Positions 22,861 to 36,724 of a DNA stretch of 64,000 bases are shown piece after piece. The notes beneath the pieces are model-generated. The model was given only the letters and a program-made list of their open reading frames with translations, ran no database searches and was not told the DNA's origin. The stretch is from NCBI RefSeq assembly GCF_006345805.1, contig NC_043008.1, forward strand, positions 18,290,001 through 18,354,000, written 5' to 3'. The DNA is from Octopus sinensis. Taxonomy: Eukaryota. The translations under genes were made by a program, and so were the position numbers. Within the stretch, counting starts at the first letter, position 1; each line of letters starts with the position of its first letter.

Positions 22861-23570
22861 TGGATATATATATATATATATATATATAAATATATAGTTA
22901 TGGTATATTATGTTAATGACGTAGTAGAATACAGTATAAAGCTCGGCCACCTTCAGATTTTTCCTTTGCTATCCAGTGGTATTGTTAAACGTACTGGAGA
23001 ACTACATTGCATGCAAACAATTTTCGTGATTAAAAAATAAATAAATCGTTCTCATTCTTGGTGACTTCAATTTTGTCAAATATATATATATATATATATA
23101 TAATATATATATATATATAAACATATATACATATAAACATACATACATATATACTTACATATATATGCACATACATATATATATGTATGTATTTGCATAT
23201 GTATGTGTGCATGTATGCTTGTGTGTGGGTGTATTGTGTATGTCTCTTTGTATGAGTGTTCGTGTATCTCTGCGTCTTTGTCTCAGAGACAGAGAGACGT
23301 GGAGAGAGAGAGAGACAGAAAGTGAGGGAGGGGGTAGAGATAAAATAAAAGAAAAGAATTACCAAAATCTGTATTTCAACAAACATTTTATTTTTATTCT
23401 ATTCAGTATAAACTGTGCAACTTAGCATTTTGCAGCCTAATCCATTATGCATTTTTATGTTCGGTATTGGTGTCAAATTCACTATTCCTGAATTCAAATT
23501 AAGTAGACTTTCAGCAAAACAAAATGAAAAGCAGGAGAAGAAGAAGAACAAGAACAACAACAACAACAAC

Positions 23571-23606
<36 letters not shown>

Positions 23607-24211
23607 GTAAATAATGGAAAAAATTCTATTCGTAATCAATTTCTGTGTCTTTAGGGTTTAATTTCTTATATTTTCCGCAAGACAATTAACGAAAGAAAAT
23701 TATTTTTCTATGACAAAGTATTATTGAAACTTGTAACTATCATCTGTCTTTGAGACGTCAATAATTTCTTTATTTATTTCCTTGTCCATTATCTCCATAT
23801 TCAATAATGATAACAATAACTCATTAGTCATAGTGTTCTTCACAGCTGTATATTATTTCCTCAGGAACATTTTCCATACTATCGACAACAATGCAGTGAC
23901 TGAACCTAATTAGAGATCGATATACTTCAGATTTCAATTTATCATATTTTTCATTTGACTACGGAGAATATGCAAAGAAATTTGTTATTGTCAAATTCAA
24001 ATAGAAAATAGTGACACAGTCATGGTGAGAATATTGTTTCTGAATGATGATCGATGTAAAAGGTTTCGAACAGCAGTAACTAAAATCGTAAAACAATAGT
24101 CTCGAAACGACACTCCTTTTCATGTTGAAGTGTTCCTTGTAAAGCGCGCACAGAATCATACACACGCACAAATACAGAGATTGCAATTGTTGTGCATGTA
24201 TGAGCATGAAT

Positions 24212-24355
24212 GTAGTTATGGCAGTGTGGTAAGAAGTTTGCTTCCCAACGACATGGTTCCAGGTTCAATCCGAATATGTAGTAGCTGGAAGAAGTGTCTT
24301 CTACTATAGCCTTCGACCGACCAAACGCTTTTGAGAGGATTTCGTAAAAGGATAA

Positions 24356-24360
<5 letters not shown>
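24212..24360 (+). mobile_element. SINE family B, 5' fragment
   Basis: GGCAGTGTGGTAAGAAGTTTGCTTCCCAAC...GTGTCTTCTACTATAGCC. Confidence 0.75.
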
Positions 24361-24436
<76 letters not shown>

Positions 24437-24439
<3 letters not shown>

Positions 24440-24640
24440 AAAGTTTATCAAAATAAACAAAAGACGAAGGCAGGTAGAGTACAAACAAACAAATGTATTA
24501 GTATAGCGCTCAAGAATAGAAATAGAAAAAGTCTTTTACGTTTCGAGCCTATGCTCTTCGACAGAAAGATATATAGAAAAAGAAACAAGAAGAGTAACGA
24601 GGATAGAAAAAATGCGTGTAGGAGCTAACGATCTAATGCA
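24437..24640 (-). mobile_element. Penelope-type pLTR-like short repeat with a hammerhead-like motif
   Basis: Homologous in opposite orientation to 39760-39955. Minus strand TCTTT-CTGTCGA-A-GAGC(ATAG)GCTC-GAAAC-GTA-AAAGA. Confidence 0.65.
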
Positions 24641-26362
24641 TATATAGATACATATATGTACATCCCCCGGGATCATCATCAATAGTCTTTTGAAGCTAGC
24701 TGTCGGATGGATTAAGAGATTATTATCGTGTCCGAACATTTAGAATGTCTTTTTTTTTCTTTTTGATACACTAGGAACGTTCCCGAGAGTAGATTTCCTT
24801 TCCAGTCAAATATTCTGAACAAATGATTTCGCAAAATTTAGAAAGATGACAATTTTTAGATCTCTATGCTTCGCACATATGGCAACAACGGCAGTTCCTT
24901 TTCATTTCTTGTGACAGCATTTCATCTACCAGGGAGCATCTAAAAATATAAAAACCTTTTAATTGGTTTTGAAGAGAGTAAGGTACTTCTAACAAAGTGT
25001 CCTTAAATACGCATTGCATACTGTATATATTTATACACACACATGAGCGTGTGCATTTATGGGTATGTGTGTATATATGTGTGCATATATGTATGTATAC
25101 ATAGACACACATAAACAAATACACATATGTATATATACACGCACAAGCATGCACACACACTCAGACGGGCACACTCACAAACGCACACGCGTATAAATAT
25201 ATATATTACGATAAAGACAGACGGACACGGACAGAGAGAAAAACAGAGTCTTCAAGGCGCGTATCACTCTATATGTCTATACATTTGCATGATATTTTTC
25301 TATAATATTCACAAGTAATATACGTGGAATTAAGACTTAACATACGTTACAGCTTTAATACTTAAACCGTTATAATGAACGCTAAATCTATAGAAAAATA
25401 ATTACCAAAACTACTAAAATATTTTCTCGACACCATTGTACCAGTGTTGAAAAATATTTATAAATTCATCTAAGCGAACGGAAAGCCGAGATTTGATGTC
25501 CTGGCATTTTAATTTAAGTCGAAACTAAGACTAATCCCCAACATAGAATAACCGGATTATAGCACTCTACAGTTTTATTTCGTTCCCTTACAATAGGACG
25601 AGCATTCATAAATCAAATTTTATTGATAATATGAAGTGAAGTGACAACTCCATTAATGTATTGTCATGTTAAGACAAACTAAGAACAAGTTGACATGAGG
25701 TCTTTTGTTGCTTTAGATTTCAATGCATATGAAACAAACTATTATAATTTTCTTTCAGAATTGATGGGTTTATTTTCTATGTTATTTATATCTTTGCTTA
25801 CTTGTTTTTATTTCCTCTATATGTATTTTTGAGTTTGACGAGAAAATTTCTCGATAATTCCTTATGTTTTAATGTGTAACCATTTCGTGATTGTCTTATC
25901 TATGTCGCTTCCTGAAAGGTGTATGAATGAGGTTTCTCCGCTTTTATGACAAAATATTTTAAACTAGGCTGAGCTTTTTGTTTGTTATCTATTACGAACT
26001 GATGGTAAGACATGAATCAAACTCTATGGTAACATTCAAAACACGTCTAAATCATAACGTGTACCGTTGAAAAACACCAAACAAATATGTTGCATCTGTT
26101 TAATCTTGAAGTCTACGAACACTAGACAGTATCTTATTTCGATAGGTAAACAACATTTTGGTATTGCTCTGGACGATGACTGGACGAATTCTAATGAAAT
26201 CTTAAATGTCGATGCAGGTTTGGCTGAGTGTTTACGAATCTCACTTGCAACCACGTGACTTTGTGTTCTGCCCCGCTATACGGCACTTTGGGTGTGTGTC
26301 TTGTACTATAGCCCCAGGCTGAGCAATGCCTAGACGGAATGACAAACACACACACACACACT

Positions 26363-26457
<95 letters not shown>

Positions 26458-26571
26458 CATATATATATATACATATACATACATACATATATATATACAT
26501 ATACATACATATATATATATATATAATATATATATATATATATACATACATACATACATATATATATACAT

Positions 26572-26653
<82 letters not shown>

Positions 26654-26654
26654 G

Positions 26655-26860
26655 AAATTATATATACCGGAGTAAATACATAAATGTGAAACAAGGTGGA
26701 AAAAAAGGAGTACACAAATACCAGTGGTAGAGTAATATGGTTTATTTAAAGCAGCAGAAAATTCAACAAAACCTGTTATTCTCAGTTTCCCGTTGCCGTT
26801 CAACGGGAAACTCAGAGTAACAGGTCTTGTTGAATTCTCTGCTGCTTTAAATAAAGTATA
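26655..26860. repeat. 55-bp-arm hairpin (inverted partial pLTR-like repeat)
   Basis: 26741-26795 pairs with 26801-26855 (4 mismatches, 5-nt loop). Confidence 0.88.
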
Positions 26861-27069
26861 AATTATATATATATATACGCGGGCGTAAACATGTGTGTGT
26901 GTGTACGTATCTCACTTATGCATTGCGAGACTAATAACCTGGTACAGAACTCAGTATACGTATACTTCAGACGAAGTGTTAGGCGAGTACAGTCTGTTAA
27001 TATGAAAAAAAGATTACAAAGGAAAACGATGGTTATATGTATGTATGAATGTATATATGTATCTATCTA

Positions 27070-27105
<36 letters not shown>

Positions 27106-27109
<4 letters not shown>

Positions 27110-27330
27110 TCTTTATTACCCACAAGGGGCTAAACAAAGAGAAGACAGACAAGGACAGACACACGGGTTAAGTCGATTACATCGACCCCAGTGCGTAACT
27201 GGTATTTATTTAATCGAACCCGAAAGGATGAAAGGCAAAGTCGACCTCAGCGGAATTTGAACTCAGAACGTAACGGCAGACAAAATACGGCTACGCATTT
27301 CGCCCGGCGTGCTAACGAATCTGCCAGCTC
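27106..27330 (-). mobile_element. SINE family A
   Basis: Full family A sequence on the minus strand. Confidence 0.92.
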
Positions 27331-27469
27331 TCAGCCTCATGGCAGTATTATGAGTGAAACTAACTGGAGATAACAATAAAAAAAACAGGAAGATCGAATG
27401 CCTAAACTGTTCTGCAAGATTAAATACGTAAAGATACCTATTCTTCTTCTTTATCTATAAATCAAGTTA

Positions 27470-27705
27470 TATAAGGCAGCGAGCTGATAGACTCGTTAGC
27501 ACGCCGGGCGAAATACTTAGCGGTATTTCGTCTGTTGTTACGTACTGAGTTCAAATTCCACCGATGTCGACTTTGCCTTTCATCCTTTTGGGGTCGATTA
27601 AATAAGTACCAGTTACGCACTGAGGTCGATGTAATCGACTTAATCCCTTTGTCTGTCCTTGTTTGTCCCCTCTGTGTTTAGCTCCTTGTGAGCAATAACG
27701 AAATA
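27470..27705 (+). mobile_element. SINE family A with TSD
   Basis: Direct repeat TATAAATCAAGTT at 27456-27468 and 27706-27718. Confidence 0.92.
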
Positions 27706-28407
27706 TATAAATCAAGTTGTTTTGGTATTCCAGCAGTTATCGTAGATATAATAACATTATGCAAACGAGTTCGCACCGTGCTAAGCAGGTAATTGTTTAT
27801 ATTTTAGTAAATAACTTCTATGTTTAGCAGCTCGGAGGCAGAGATGAATGAATTCTGATGATTTCTTAATTAATAATAACAGCGATCGATTTAATCCCCG
27901 TCATAAACTCCCCGAGGGCATAATTTCAAGCTGGGACTAAATACATATGCAAGTCCTTATCTGTATTTATGTAAACGCTATCTAAACAAACCGTTTCAGT
28001 GATTCTAAATAAAATTCGCATAGTAAATGTGTAAAATTAATTACTTATACCTTAAATATCTTTTCAAATTGATGAAATTTGCCAAATAATATAGAGAAAA
28101 TCGACCTTTCTGTAACCTACGCTAATTTTGTAAATCAATTGAACAAAGTTATGTTTCAAACAGACATAGGTGCCGCAGGAATTCATCGACATCAGCCAAA
28201 ATGTTGTTTAAATATAATTGTGTGAAATTAATTCATTGGACAGAAAATTATCTGATGAACGTAATTTTTGCTCATATAAAAGGGCAAAAGGCTACTTAAA
28301 GAACGAAAATTAAAACGATATCGAAAATATTCATATTTGCATTTAAACATATTCGGTTTTATCAGTTAGTACTAAATATCCTCCGAATTTCTATGAGTGA
28401 AGATATA

Positions 28408-28869
28408 TTTATTTCTTTACTACCTACAAACAAGGGCAGACAAAGGGATCAGGTCGATTACATCGACCCAGTGCGAAACTGGTACTTTATTTATCGACCC
28501 CCGAGAGGATGAAAGGCAAAGTCGACCTCGGCGGAATTTGAACTCAGAACGTAACAACAGACGAAATACCTATTTCTTTACTACCCACAAGGGGGTAAAC
28601 ACAGAGTGGACAAACAAGGACAGACAAACGGATTAAGTCGATTATATCGACCCCAATGCATAACTGGTACTTAATTTATCGACCCCGAAAGGATGAAAGG
28701 CAAAGTCGACCTCGGCGGGATTTGAACTCAGAACGTAACGGCAGACGAAATACGGCTACGCATTTAGCCCGGCGTGCTAACGATTCTGCCAGCTCACCAC
28801 CCACCCAAACAGACGAAATACCGCTAAGCATTTCGCCCGGCGTGCTAGCGTTTCTGCCAGCTCGCCGCC
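28408..28869 (-). mobile_element. Nested SINE-A inside SINE-A
   Basis: Outer TSD TTCTATGAGTGAAG (28389-28402 and 28870-28883). Inner copy 28571-28807 with TSD AACAGACGAAATACC (28556-28570 and 28808-28822). Confidence 0.92.
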
Positions 28870-29956
28870 TTCTATGAGTGAAGCTATTTTATTAAGCGAA
28901 ACCACAGTGTTCAATTCTAATGGAATACATGATCATTTAAGCATAAATCAGTGGTATTGGGGCATAACACTCTTTAGTACGTAATTTGTTTTGTATAAAT
29001 CAGGTATTTCCAACATGTGAAATAACAAACAGTATGACTAAAGAGCGTGAATAAGAAAACACATTTGGTAGATTAGGTAAGAAGGAAAACATTGACAATT
29101 TCCTTACATAAATATGCAACGGTACTCCATCCTAATCTAATTATTCCAGAAACCCATTTTCCAGCATTACGCAATCCTTTTATTTTTCAAAGTTATCTTA
29201 ATACTGAAGGTTGATACAATAGTATCATAAGCAACGGCGAAAGTGGACGAAACTATGCGAAAATTTATAAGGGCTTAGAATGGAGACCGTTCAGATTTGA
29301 CTCGTTTATTTTGTCGGCCAGTAAATGTTGATAAGGCCTTAATATGATCTCCTAATCCATTTATTTAACTCGGCTAAGGATTATTTTGTCACCTTGTAAA
29401 TGTCTGAAATAACAACTCCTTACGCAAAACACCCGACCAGTTTTTCTTTTAAATGGGCTTTTTCCGGTAACCGTCAATATATTTTAGTAAAATTTCCATA
29501 TAGCAACCTAGTTAATACAGACCTAGAAACATCAACAAATGCTATAGCCCCCACTGATAAAGCAGAAGGGTCAATATTTTTACTTGCCGCATCTAGAGGA
29601 AAAGGCAGTGTCAATAAACCCTGACCCTAACACTATATTGATAACATTTTGGAACTTTGTAAGGAAACAAAACAGCAAAGAAAATATAAGCAACGAAAGA
29701 AAATCTGTTGGGGATGCTTCTGAAGAAACTGGGAGGACATGTACACACCGAGATGATGAGGGAGGAGTTGATAGATAGCCGACAACTGATGACGGATCCT
29801 TCCTCCATGAAAACCTGTCCTCTTCTCCCTTATTTTCTCGTTGTTTACTTATTTCACTCGTTTTTCTCTCGTTTGTTTATATAGTTCATGTTATTTGCAC
29901 CATTGTTGACGTTGTGTATCCATACATACATGTATATATATATTTGTATATATATA

Positions 29957-30360
29957 TAGGCGTAGGAGTGGCTGTGTGGTAAGTAGCTTGCTTACTAACC
30001 ACATGGTTCCGGGTTCAGTCCCATTGTGTGGCACCTTGGGCACGTGCCTTCTACTAAAGCCTCGGGCCGACCAAAGCCTTTGTGAGTGGATTTGGTAGAC
30101 GGAAACTGAAGGAAGCCAGTCGTATATATGTATATATGTGTATATGTGTGTATATGATTGTTTGTCTGTGTTTGTCCCCCCAACATCGCTCGACAACCGG
30201 TGCTGGTGTGTTTATGTCCCCGTAACTTAGCGGTTCGGCAAAAGAGACCGATAGAATAAGTACTAGGCTTACAAAGAATAAGTCCTGGGGTAGATTTGCT
30301 CGACTAAAGGCGGTGCTCCTGCATGGCCGCAGTCAAAATGACTGAAACAAGTAAAAAGAG
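29957..30360 (+). mobile_element. SINE family B, full length
   Basis: Close to the family consensus from head to GAAACAAGTAAAAAGAG. Confidence 0.93.
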
Positions 30361-31399
30361 AAAAACAGAAAGATACATAAATATGTATATATGTATATAT
30401 ATGTATATATATATCTGTGTGTGTGTGTGTGTGTGTGTGTGTGGACGTTATTTGTATAATTTTATCTCGTTGTTTCCTTTCACTTGTTCAGCGAACATTT
30501 TTGCGCCTTTGTATATTTTTAAAACATCCCTGAAGGTACACATTGTACTGATATGCTTGGGTAAATTTATGTTAACTTAGTCAGTTAAAGCATTTTAGCT
30601 GACGTTTCGCTTGAAGGTAATATTGATATCGTAATGGAATATTTCAAATTCATAACTGATGAATTGTGATGAATATATTAAAGCGTTATTTAAATGTAAA
30701 TTCCAGGCAAATTTGAATATGTTACCTATGCCTTCGAACTCAAGAAATATCATTGTAGTTCCTCTCCTTCTGCCTAGAGCCTGGTGCCTGGAGACAATAT
30801 TTTGACTGATTTTTCAGTAATCGCACGAATTTCTAGCTGAATAGATAATCATATCCTTCATTGGTTTGGCAGCTCGAAATAAATTTTGCTAGAATCAATA
30901 TGAAATTTAACAATGACTTAAAATGCTAACATATTAAATTATCTTAGAATCGGTTTACGGGCATGTAGTTATGTGCAGATCAAATAATATTTATCTGTCT
31001 GTTAAACACTTTTAAACTGTCATCTCTCATCCATGCAACATCCGAAATATCCTCAGAATCTTTTTTATAAATATTTTATATGGACAGAAATTCAAGACCA
31101 CATTTCTTTCAAGATTATATTATCTAGCAATCTTTTTTCCTAACGCAGTTTTAATTACAAATAAAATCTTTAAAAAATACCTGCCCGTTTTCTGTTAGAA
31201 ACACATGGATATATTCATTCAAACATTGTTAATGCGAATTCCCAATGTCCTACGCATGTCTTTGCAGACCTGATGATACAGATTATTTTTTTAAAATTTT
31301 GTATGATCTCTCTGAGTCGTAAAGGATATTGAAGTTTCAACACATCGTGAAACTCTTATATAATATGTAAATAAGAAAAGACCTATTAGGAAAGGGTTC

Positions 31400-32000
31400 C
31401 TTTCTTAATCTGTTAAAAGGAATGAGCAATAACAGGAACTTCGCTCCAGAACCATTGCCACTGTAAATATTCTTCAAGAAAAACATGAAAAGCTGTTTCA
31501 AAGTTGAAATAGATCTAATGTTGGAAAGGTGTTAATTGTGAAAAGAATGTCATAACTTGTACTTGTTGGATTATATGAACCATTGCAGTGAATACTTATG
31601 AGAAGGCTATCAAGTGTCTTCTCACGCATGTATTCCGAAAAAACTACATACTATTCATGGGTGATTACAAGTTGGAGGTCAACTGTAATATCAGCTAGGG
31701 GGAGCATATCAAATTAAAATAAATCTAAGTACGAAGAACTGGTCTCTGCTCATTTTCTGCGTAGCACTTCCACAATAAGCCACTACACTAAAGAAAGGAA
31801 AGCTAATCGATCATTTTCGAAATATGGACGAAAAGCTAGAAACATAATTAGTGTTAAAATCTCTACTAAATAGAGTTAATCGAGTAACTGGTATTTCATT
31901 CGCATTGAATGAGAGCACCAAGGCTAGTTTGAAAGAGGGAAAATTAATAAGTTGCTACACAAGTAAAATTACAACAAAACAATTGAATGTCTTCAGGTTT
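31400..32000 (+). pseudogene. Highly decayed R4/Dong-like RT remnant
   Basis: Peptides resembling YILFMGDYKL (compare HLxYMDDLKL) and GISFALNESTKASLKEGKL (compare GMxFGLDKCAKATFxKGK), with many stops. Confidence 0.35.
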
Positions 32001-32377
32001 AAAAACAATCATAATATAGAAATTGGTTAACAGGCGGTTGCGAGCAAGATGGAGAAATATTAACAGTGAATATTTCATAACAAATTACAAAGTATAAAGA
32101 TGTTAACTAGAAATTCACTTGCAAATCAAATATCTTGCAACATTTCATACTGCCGGAGTGTAGAGTAAACCAATCCATATTCCATAAGCCCAGGATGCAA
32201 AACTGGGGCTGGAATAATTTTAATCGGGAAATAATATGTATAACTTCCAAAGGAAGCTGCTACAAACAAATAAAGGAGGAAATGCTATTGGAGGGCACTG
32301 GTGTTCATTAATAGGCAAAGCAGAGCATTTAGGTTACGTCAATGTTTCATTCACTCAAGACTGTGCCAATATTGTGG

Positions 32378-32412
<35 letters not shown>

Positions 32413-33959
32413 CACACACACACACACACAAACGCATGCTCGCGAGCACACACACATACAAAAAGATAGACAGAAAGAGAGAAAGAGAGAGAAGTATTGT
32501 TATTTACAGGAGTCTTATTGACTACGTTCTGAAGTAAACAATTTCACAAAGATACCAAATATCTTTGTCAATTACTAAAAAGAAAAGTGTAAAAACTGAT
32601 GGGAAATTAACAAGGGATTACAGTAGATCTTACAGAATCGAATACTCGAGAAGGCACTTCTTGCTTTTTGAGTTAGTGTGTTCTATTCTAAAAGGTACAA
32701 AACTGATCAAAGATCTATTCTTCAGTCTAAGTGTCTTCTAGACAAGAAAACAAATTGTTATTAATGTTAGCAACCTTCACTTTTGCTTCTCTATTCTATA
32801 CTTTGTATGGCGACATCATTAACCTCATAATGGAATAAATTTTGTTTTGATATTGGTCAGACCTGACCTTGAAGCACCAATATGAAATGTGTTTTGGCCC
32901 AGATTAAAATACATGTCTGTCTATCTGGTGCGACTTTGTTATACAATATTATAAACTATGTTATATGGAGACATTTAAGCGCCATTTCCAGTAGTCTAAA
33001 ATATAGCATAGAAAAGCATTCATTCACTCGTATTTCCTCAATATCACCTTCAGCTAACTGAAATAAAATACTCGTAGCTTAGAAGATGAAGGGGCAACTT
33101 AGTTTCAGCGGACGATGATCTTTGCATTTCCTTTAGGTATTCGTTAGAAATAGGGAAATATTAACGACCGAGTACAGTGACAGTTTAAACAAATAGTACA
33201 ATCTAAGGGGTCGACTCCAGTAATTGTCTTGTGGTAGTCAGTTTGATGGTATTTCTACGATCAAATGCACATTTGACCCCGAGTGGTATTTCAACCGAGA
33301 TGTTGCACAGCAGAATATTAATGCAGAAAGATGCACATCCAACTTTCTGCAATTTCTGCCACTTTCTAAAGATGAGGATAATATTAATAGTAATTTCTTG
33401 CTATTACCATAAGATCGTATATTTTAGGAGTAAGGCCCAAGCGATTTAATTAACCTTAGTACTATCGTTGAAATGAAAAGTCAAAGCTGATGCGAAGGGA
33501 ATAGCGAAAATCAAAATTAAACATGTGAATAATGAAATGCAAAATCCTAACCTCCAAGAATAATTTCGACTCAGAACATAAATAGAATGAACCTAAATTC
33601 TGTTATTTATTAAGTTCAATATTCTGCAATTCCGTTCCCGTTTGAGAAATGATGATGTTGAAAGCTTGATAGGAGCATATAGAGTTTTATTGTTAATTCC
33701 ATTACATTTCGAATATTTTTTCTCGTATTTCTATCTTAAAGTTTTATTATTAGCGCTCTTTCCTACAATGTGTCAAGCCTTAGTTATTGGGTGAGGATAA
33801 AATCTCAGATAATTATTCTAATTCCCAGCAAACCATTCACCGAAAGCCTGAGTCAATTATTTGATGCTGCTGATGTAATTGAAAAATCACTGATTTAGGC
33901 CTGTAAAGTATTTTACCTTATTTCCTCACACACACACAGGCTTCCAGTGAGTGTATCTC

Positions 33960-34541
33960 TATCTATATCTACATACATACATACGTACACACATACACAC
34001 ATACATACATACACACGTGCATACATACATGTATACATACATACACACGTTCATACATACATACATACACACGTGCATACATACATACATACGTACATAC
34101 ATACATACATGCATACATACATGCATACATACATGCATACACACATGCATACAAACATACATACATACATACATACATACATACACACATGCATACAGAC
34201 ACACATGCATACATACACACATGCATGCATATATAAATAGAGAGAGAGAGAGACAAAGAGAGAGAGCGATGTATACATATGTATATATATATATATATAT
34301 GCACATACACACACACATATATATATATACATATATACAGATACATACATGCACATTCATATATATATATCTATTACATATACATACATATATATATACA
34401 TATATATATATATATACATACATATATATATATAAACATATATGCATATGGCTATAAATATATATGCATGTATATATATATATATACATATATTTATATA
34501 TACATATACATACATACATATATATCTATACCCATATGTTT

Positions 34542-34604
<63 letters not shown>

Positions 34605-34610
34605 TATGGC
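33960..34610. repeat. Compound (ACAT)n/(AG)n/(TA)n microsatellite block
   Basis: Direct inspection. Confidence 0.95.
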
Positions 34611-35024
34611 TATAACTATATCTGTGAATTTGTGAAGATGTTATTCTTCTATTTTCCCCTTTGCAGTTTAATAGCGGTTTCTACTTTTCGTTTCTCTATT
34701 TCTACCTATATAGGTTTCAGGATATATAATAATGACGTTAGGTTTGGTTTGGTTTGGTTCTGTTTGGGATGATTTCACGTCATCCTATTACATCCTTCAT
34801 CTTGGACTCTAATGTTCTAATTAATTTCCTCTGAGGATTACGCCATATATCTATTAATATCACCGGTATGCCATTAGATGAACAGAATGCTATCCTTAAT
34901 CGAGATATGTACATCTGAAGTGAAATGCCCGTTAGCACAATGAGCCTGGTGATTACTTACTTGTTAAAAACAGCGAAGCTGTATACCTGATATATCTATC
35001 TGCGAATGCATGTGTTTGAGTTTG

Positions 35025-35055
<31 letters not shown>

Positions 35056-35303
35056 TTGTGTGCGTGCGTGTACCCACGTTAGTGTGTTCGTCTGTGTCTG
35101 TTTGTAATTATATATATACATACATACACACATATATATATATATATATTATATAAAGAGAGAGAGAGAGAGAGAGAGAGATGTGCCCGTCTGTAATCAT
35201 ATATATATACACATATATATATTTATATATATGCATATATATATATATGGTCTCTGTGTTTATAATTAAATAAATGTATATGCAGTTAGCATCATCATCA
35301 TAT

Positions 35304-35391
<88 letters not shown>

Positions 35392-35400
35392 TAGCAGTAG
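35304..35400. repeat. (GTA)n microsatellite
   Basis: About 28 near-perfect units. Confidence 0.95.
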
Positions 35401-35744
35401 CAGAAGCATCCACAGCAGCAACAGCAGTACTATTTTCGGCATTCATCATTGTGGAATTTACAACTCTTTCGTTTTCAACAAAGGAGCAACCTTTATTCTA
35501 CAGCACATGCAAGCACCAACTCATTCGCACACACCAACAAACACACATGGATACACATGCGGAACACACGTGCGTGTTGAAATCATACAAAACAATAAGC
35601 ATTTACCGACGAAAATATTCCATATTTTTAGCAGTCTTTGTGAGCATAAGTACAACCACACATACATACACATGATATATATGCATGTATGTATGTATGT
35701 ATGTATGTATGTATGTATGTATATATATAATTTACTTACTTAGG

Positions 35745-35850
35745 CCCAGGCATGCCTGTGTGATAAGAAGTATGTTTCCAAACCATATGGTTCCAGGTTC
35801 ACTCTCACTTGGGCAGGTGTCGTCTTCTATAGCCTCCGGCCGACCAAGGA
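35745..35850 (+). mobile_element. SINE family B, 5' fragment
   Basis: CCTGTGTGATAAGAAG...TTGGGCAGGTGTCGTCTTCTATAGCC. Confidence 0.65.
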
Positions 35851-35889
35851 ATACATAAATGATGGAATGAGATACCTCAAAACTGTCAT

Positions 35890-36400
35890 TCAACAAGATC
35901 CACCCTGAAGCCGAGGATTTCCTCATGTACTTCTATTGTACTTATTGTTTCCTTCCAACTGATTCTGCAGCCAATTGCCATGTCCAGTGATGTCCTGATG
36001 CCTCTGAGAATGCGTCATATTCCACCTATGTTTGCCACTCACCTATGGAATGTGCATGACGTCACATGAACAACAACACCTGTACAAACATCTGTGAAGG
36101 GTGGAATAATAAATTTTTCGACCTCGTTAGTCACAACCACCTTTCGCTTTGGCGTATCATTGAATAGCTTCATCGTAAAGAAGCAACAGTGAGCACCATT
36201 ATCCAGCAGGATGCTGTTGGAAAATTTTTCAAAGAAGTGCTCCTCGATGCAATGTGCATCTACAAGAAGGCCTTCGAAACTTGTGTGTTACTCGACAGGA
36301 GGACGATAAGACTGTGGCTGAGTTTCTTCGTGGCGTCGACTGGAATATTTGTCATAATCATCAGCATTAAAACATTGAATATACGTGTGATGCCACGATA
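35890..36400 (+). pseudogene. Mutator-like (MULE) transposase C-terminal remnant
   Basis: Decayed LRMRHIPPMFATHLWNVHDVT, TNICEGWNNKF, SLWRIIE and KTVAEFLRGV match the FPPxxWN...RTNNxxEGWNxxF block of animal MULE transposases. Confidence 0.72.
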
Positions 36401-36724
36401 TTGTGTAAGCTGCTTTCAATCTGTACGTGTCATGTACTGTCAATAAATGACTGACTTAAATATTTTTGTTTGATATTGCTGTTTAACATTAGATTTGAAT
36501 TATCGTAAATGTAATGTGTGTGTCTGTGTATGTACGTGTGTACGTGTGCATGTTTATGTATGTATGTGTGTGTGTGTCTCCGTACAAGTTAATTTGTTGG
36601 TTTATAGCTGGAGTCCCCAAACCTTTTAGACCATCGGTCCCTTCATCGAAACTTTGTCCCCTCATCGACACCCAGCCATACAAGAAAATAAATAAATGGT
36701 AATAGTTTAAAATGTTGCCACAGA

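Noticed and set aside
26146-26217. 72-nt phase 1-1 plus-strand exon candidate (GKQHFGIALDDDWTNSNEILNVDAG)
   Set aside because: The AG|GTAAAC boundary fits a donor as well as an acceptor, the downstream donor is weak, and no convincing partner exons were found.
34625-34880. pLTR-like stretch with CTGAGGA
   Set aside because: No downstream GAAA/NUH half, so it cannot be called a ribozyme.
36607-36680. hAT-like left end CTGGAGTCCCCAAACCTTTT
   Set aside because: No matching right TIR or TSD.
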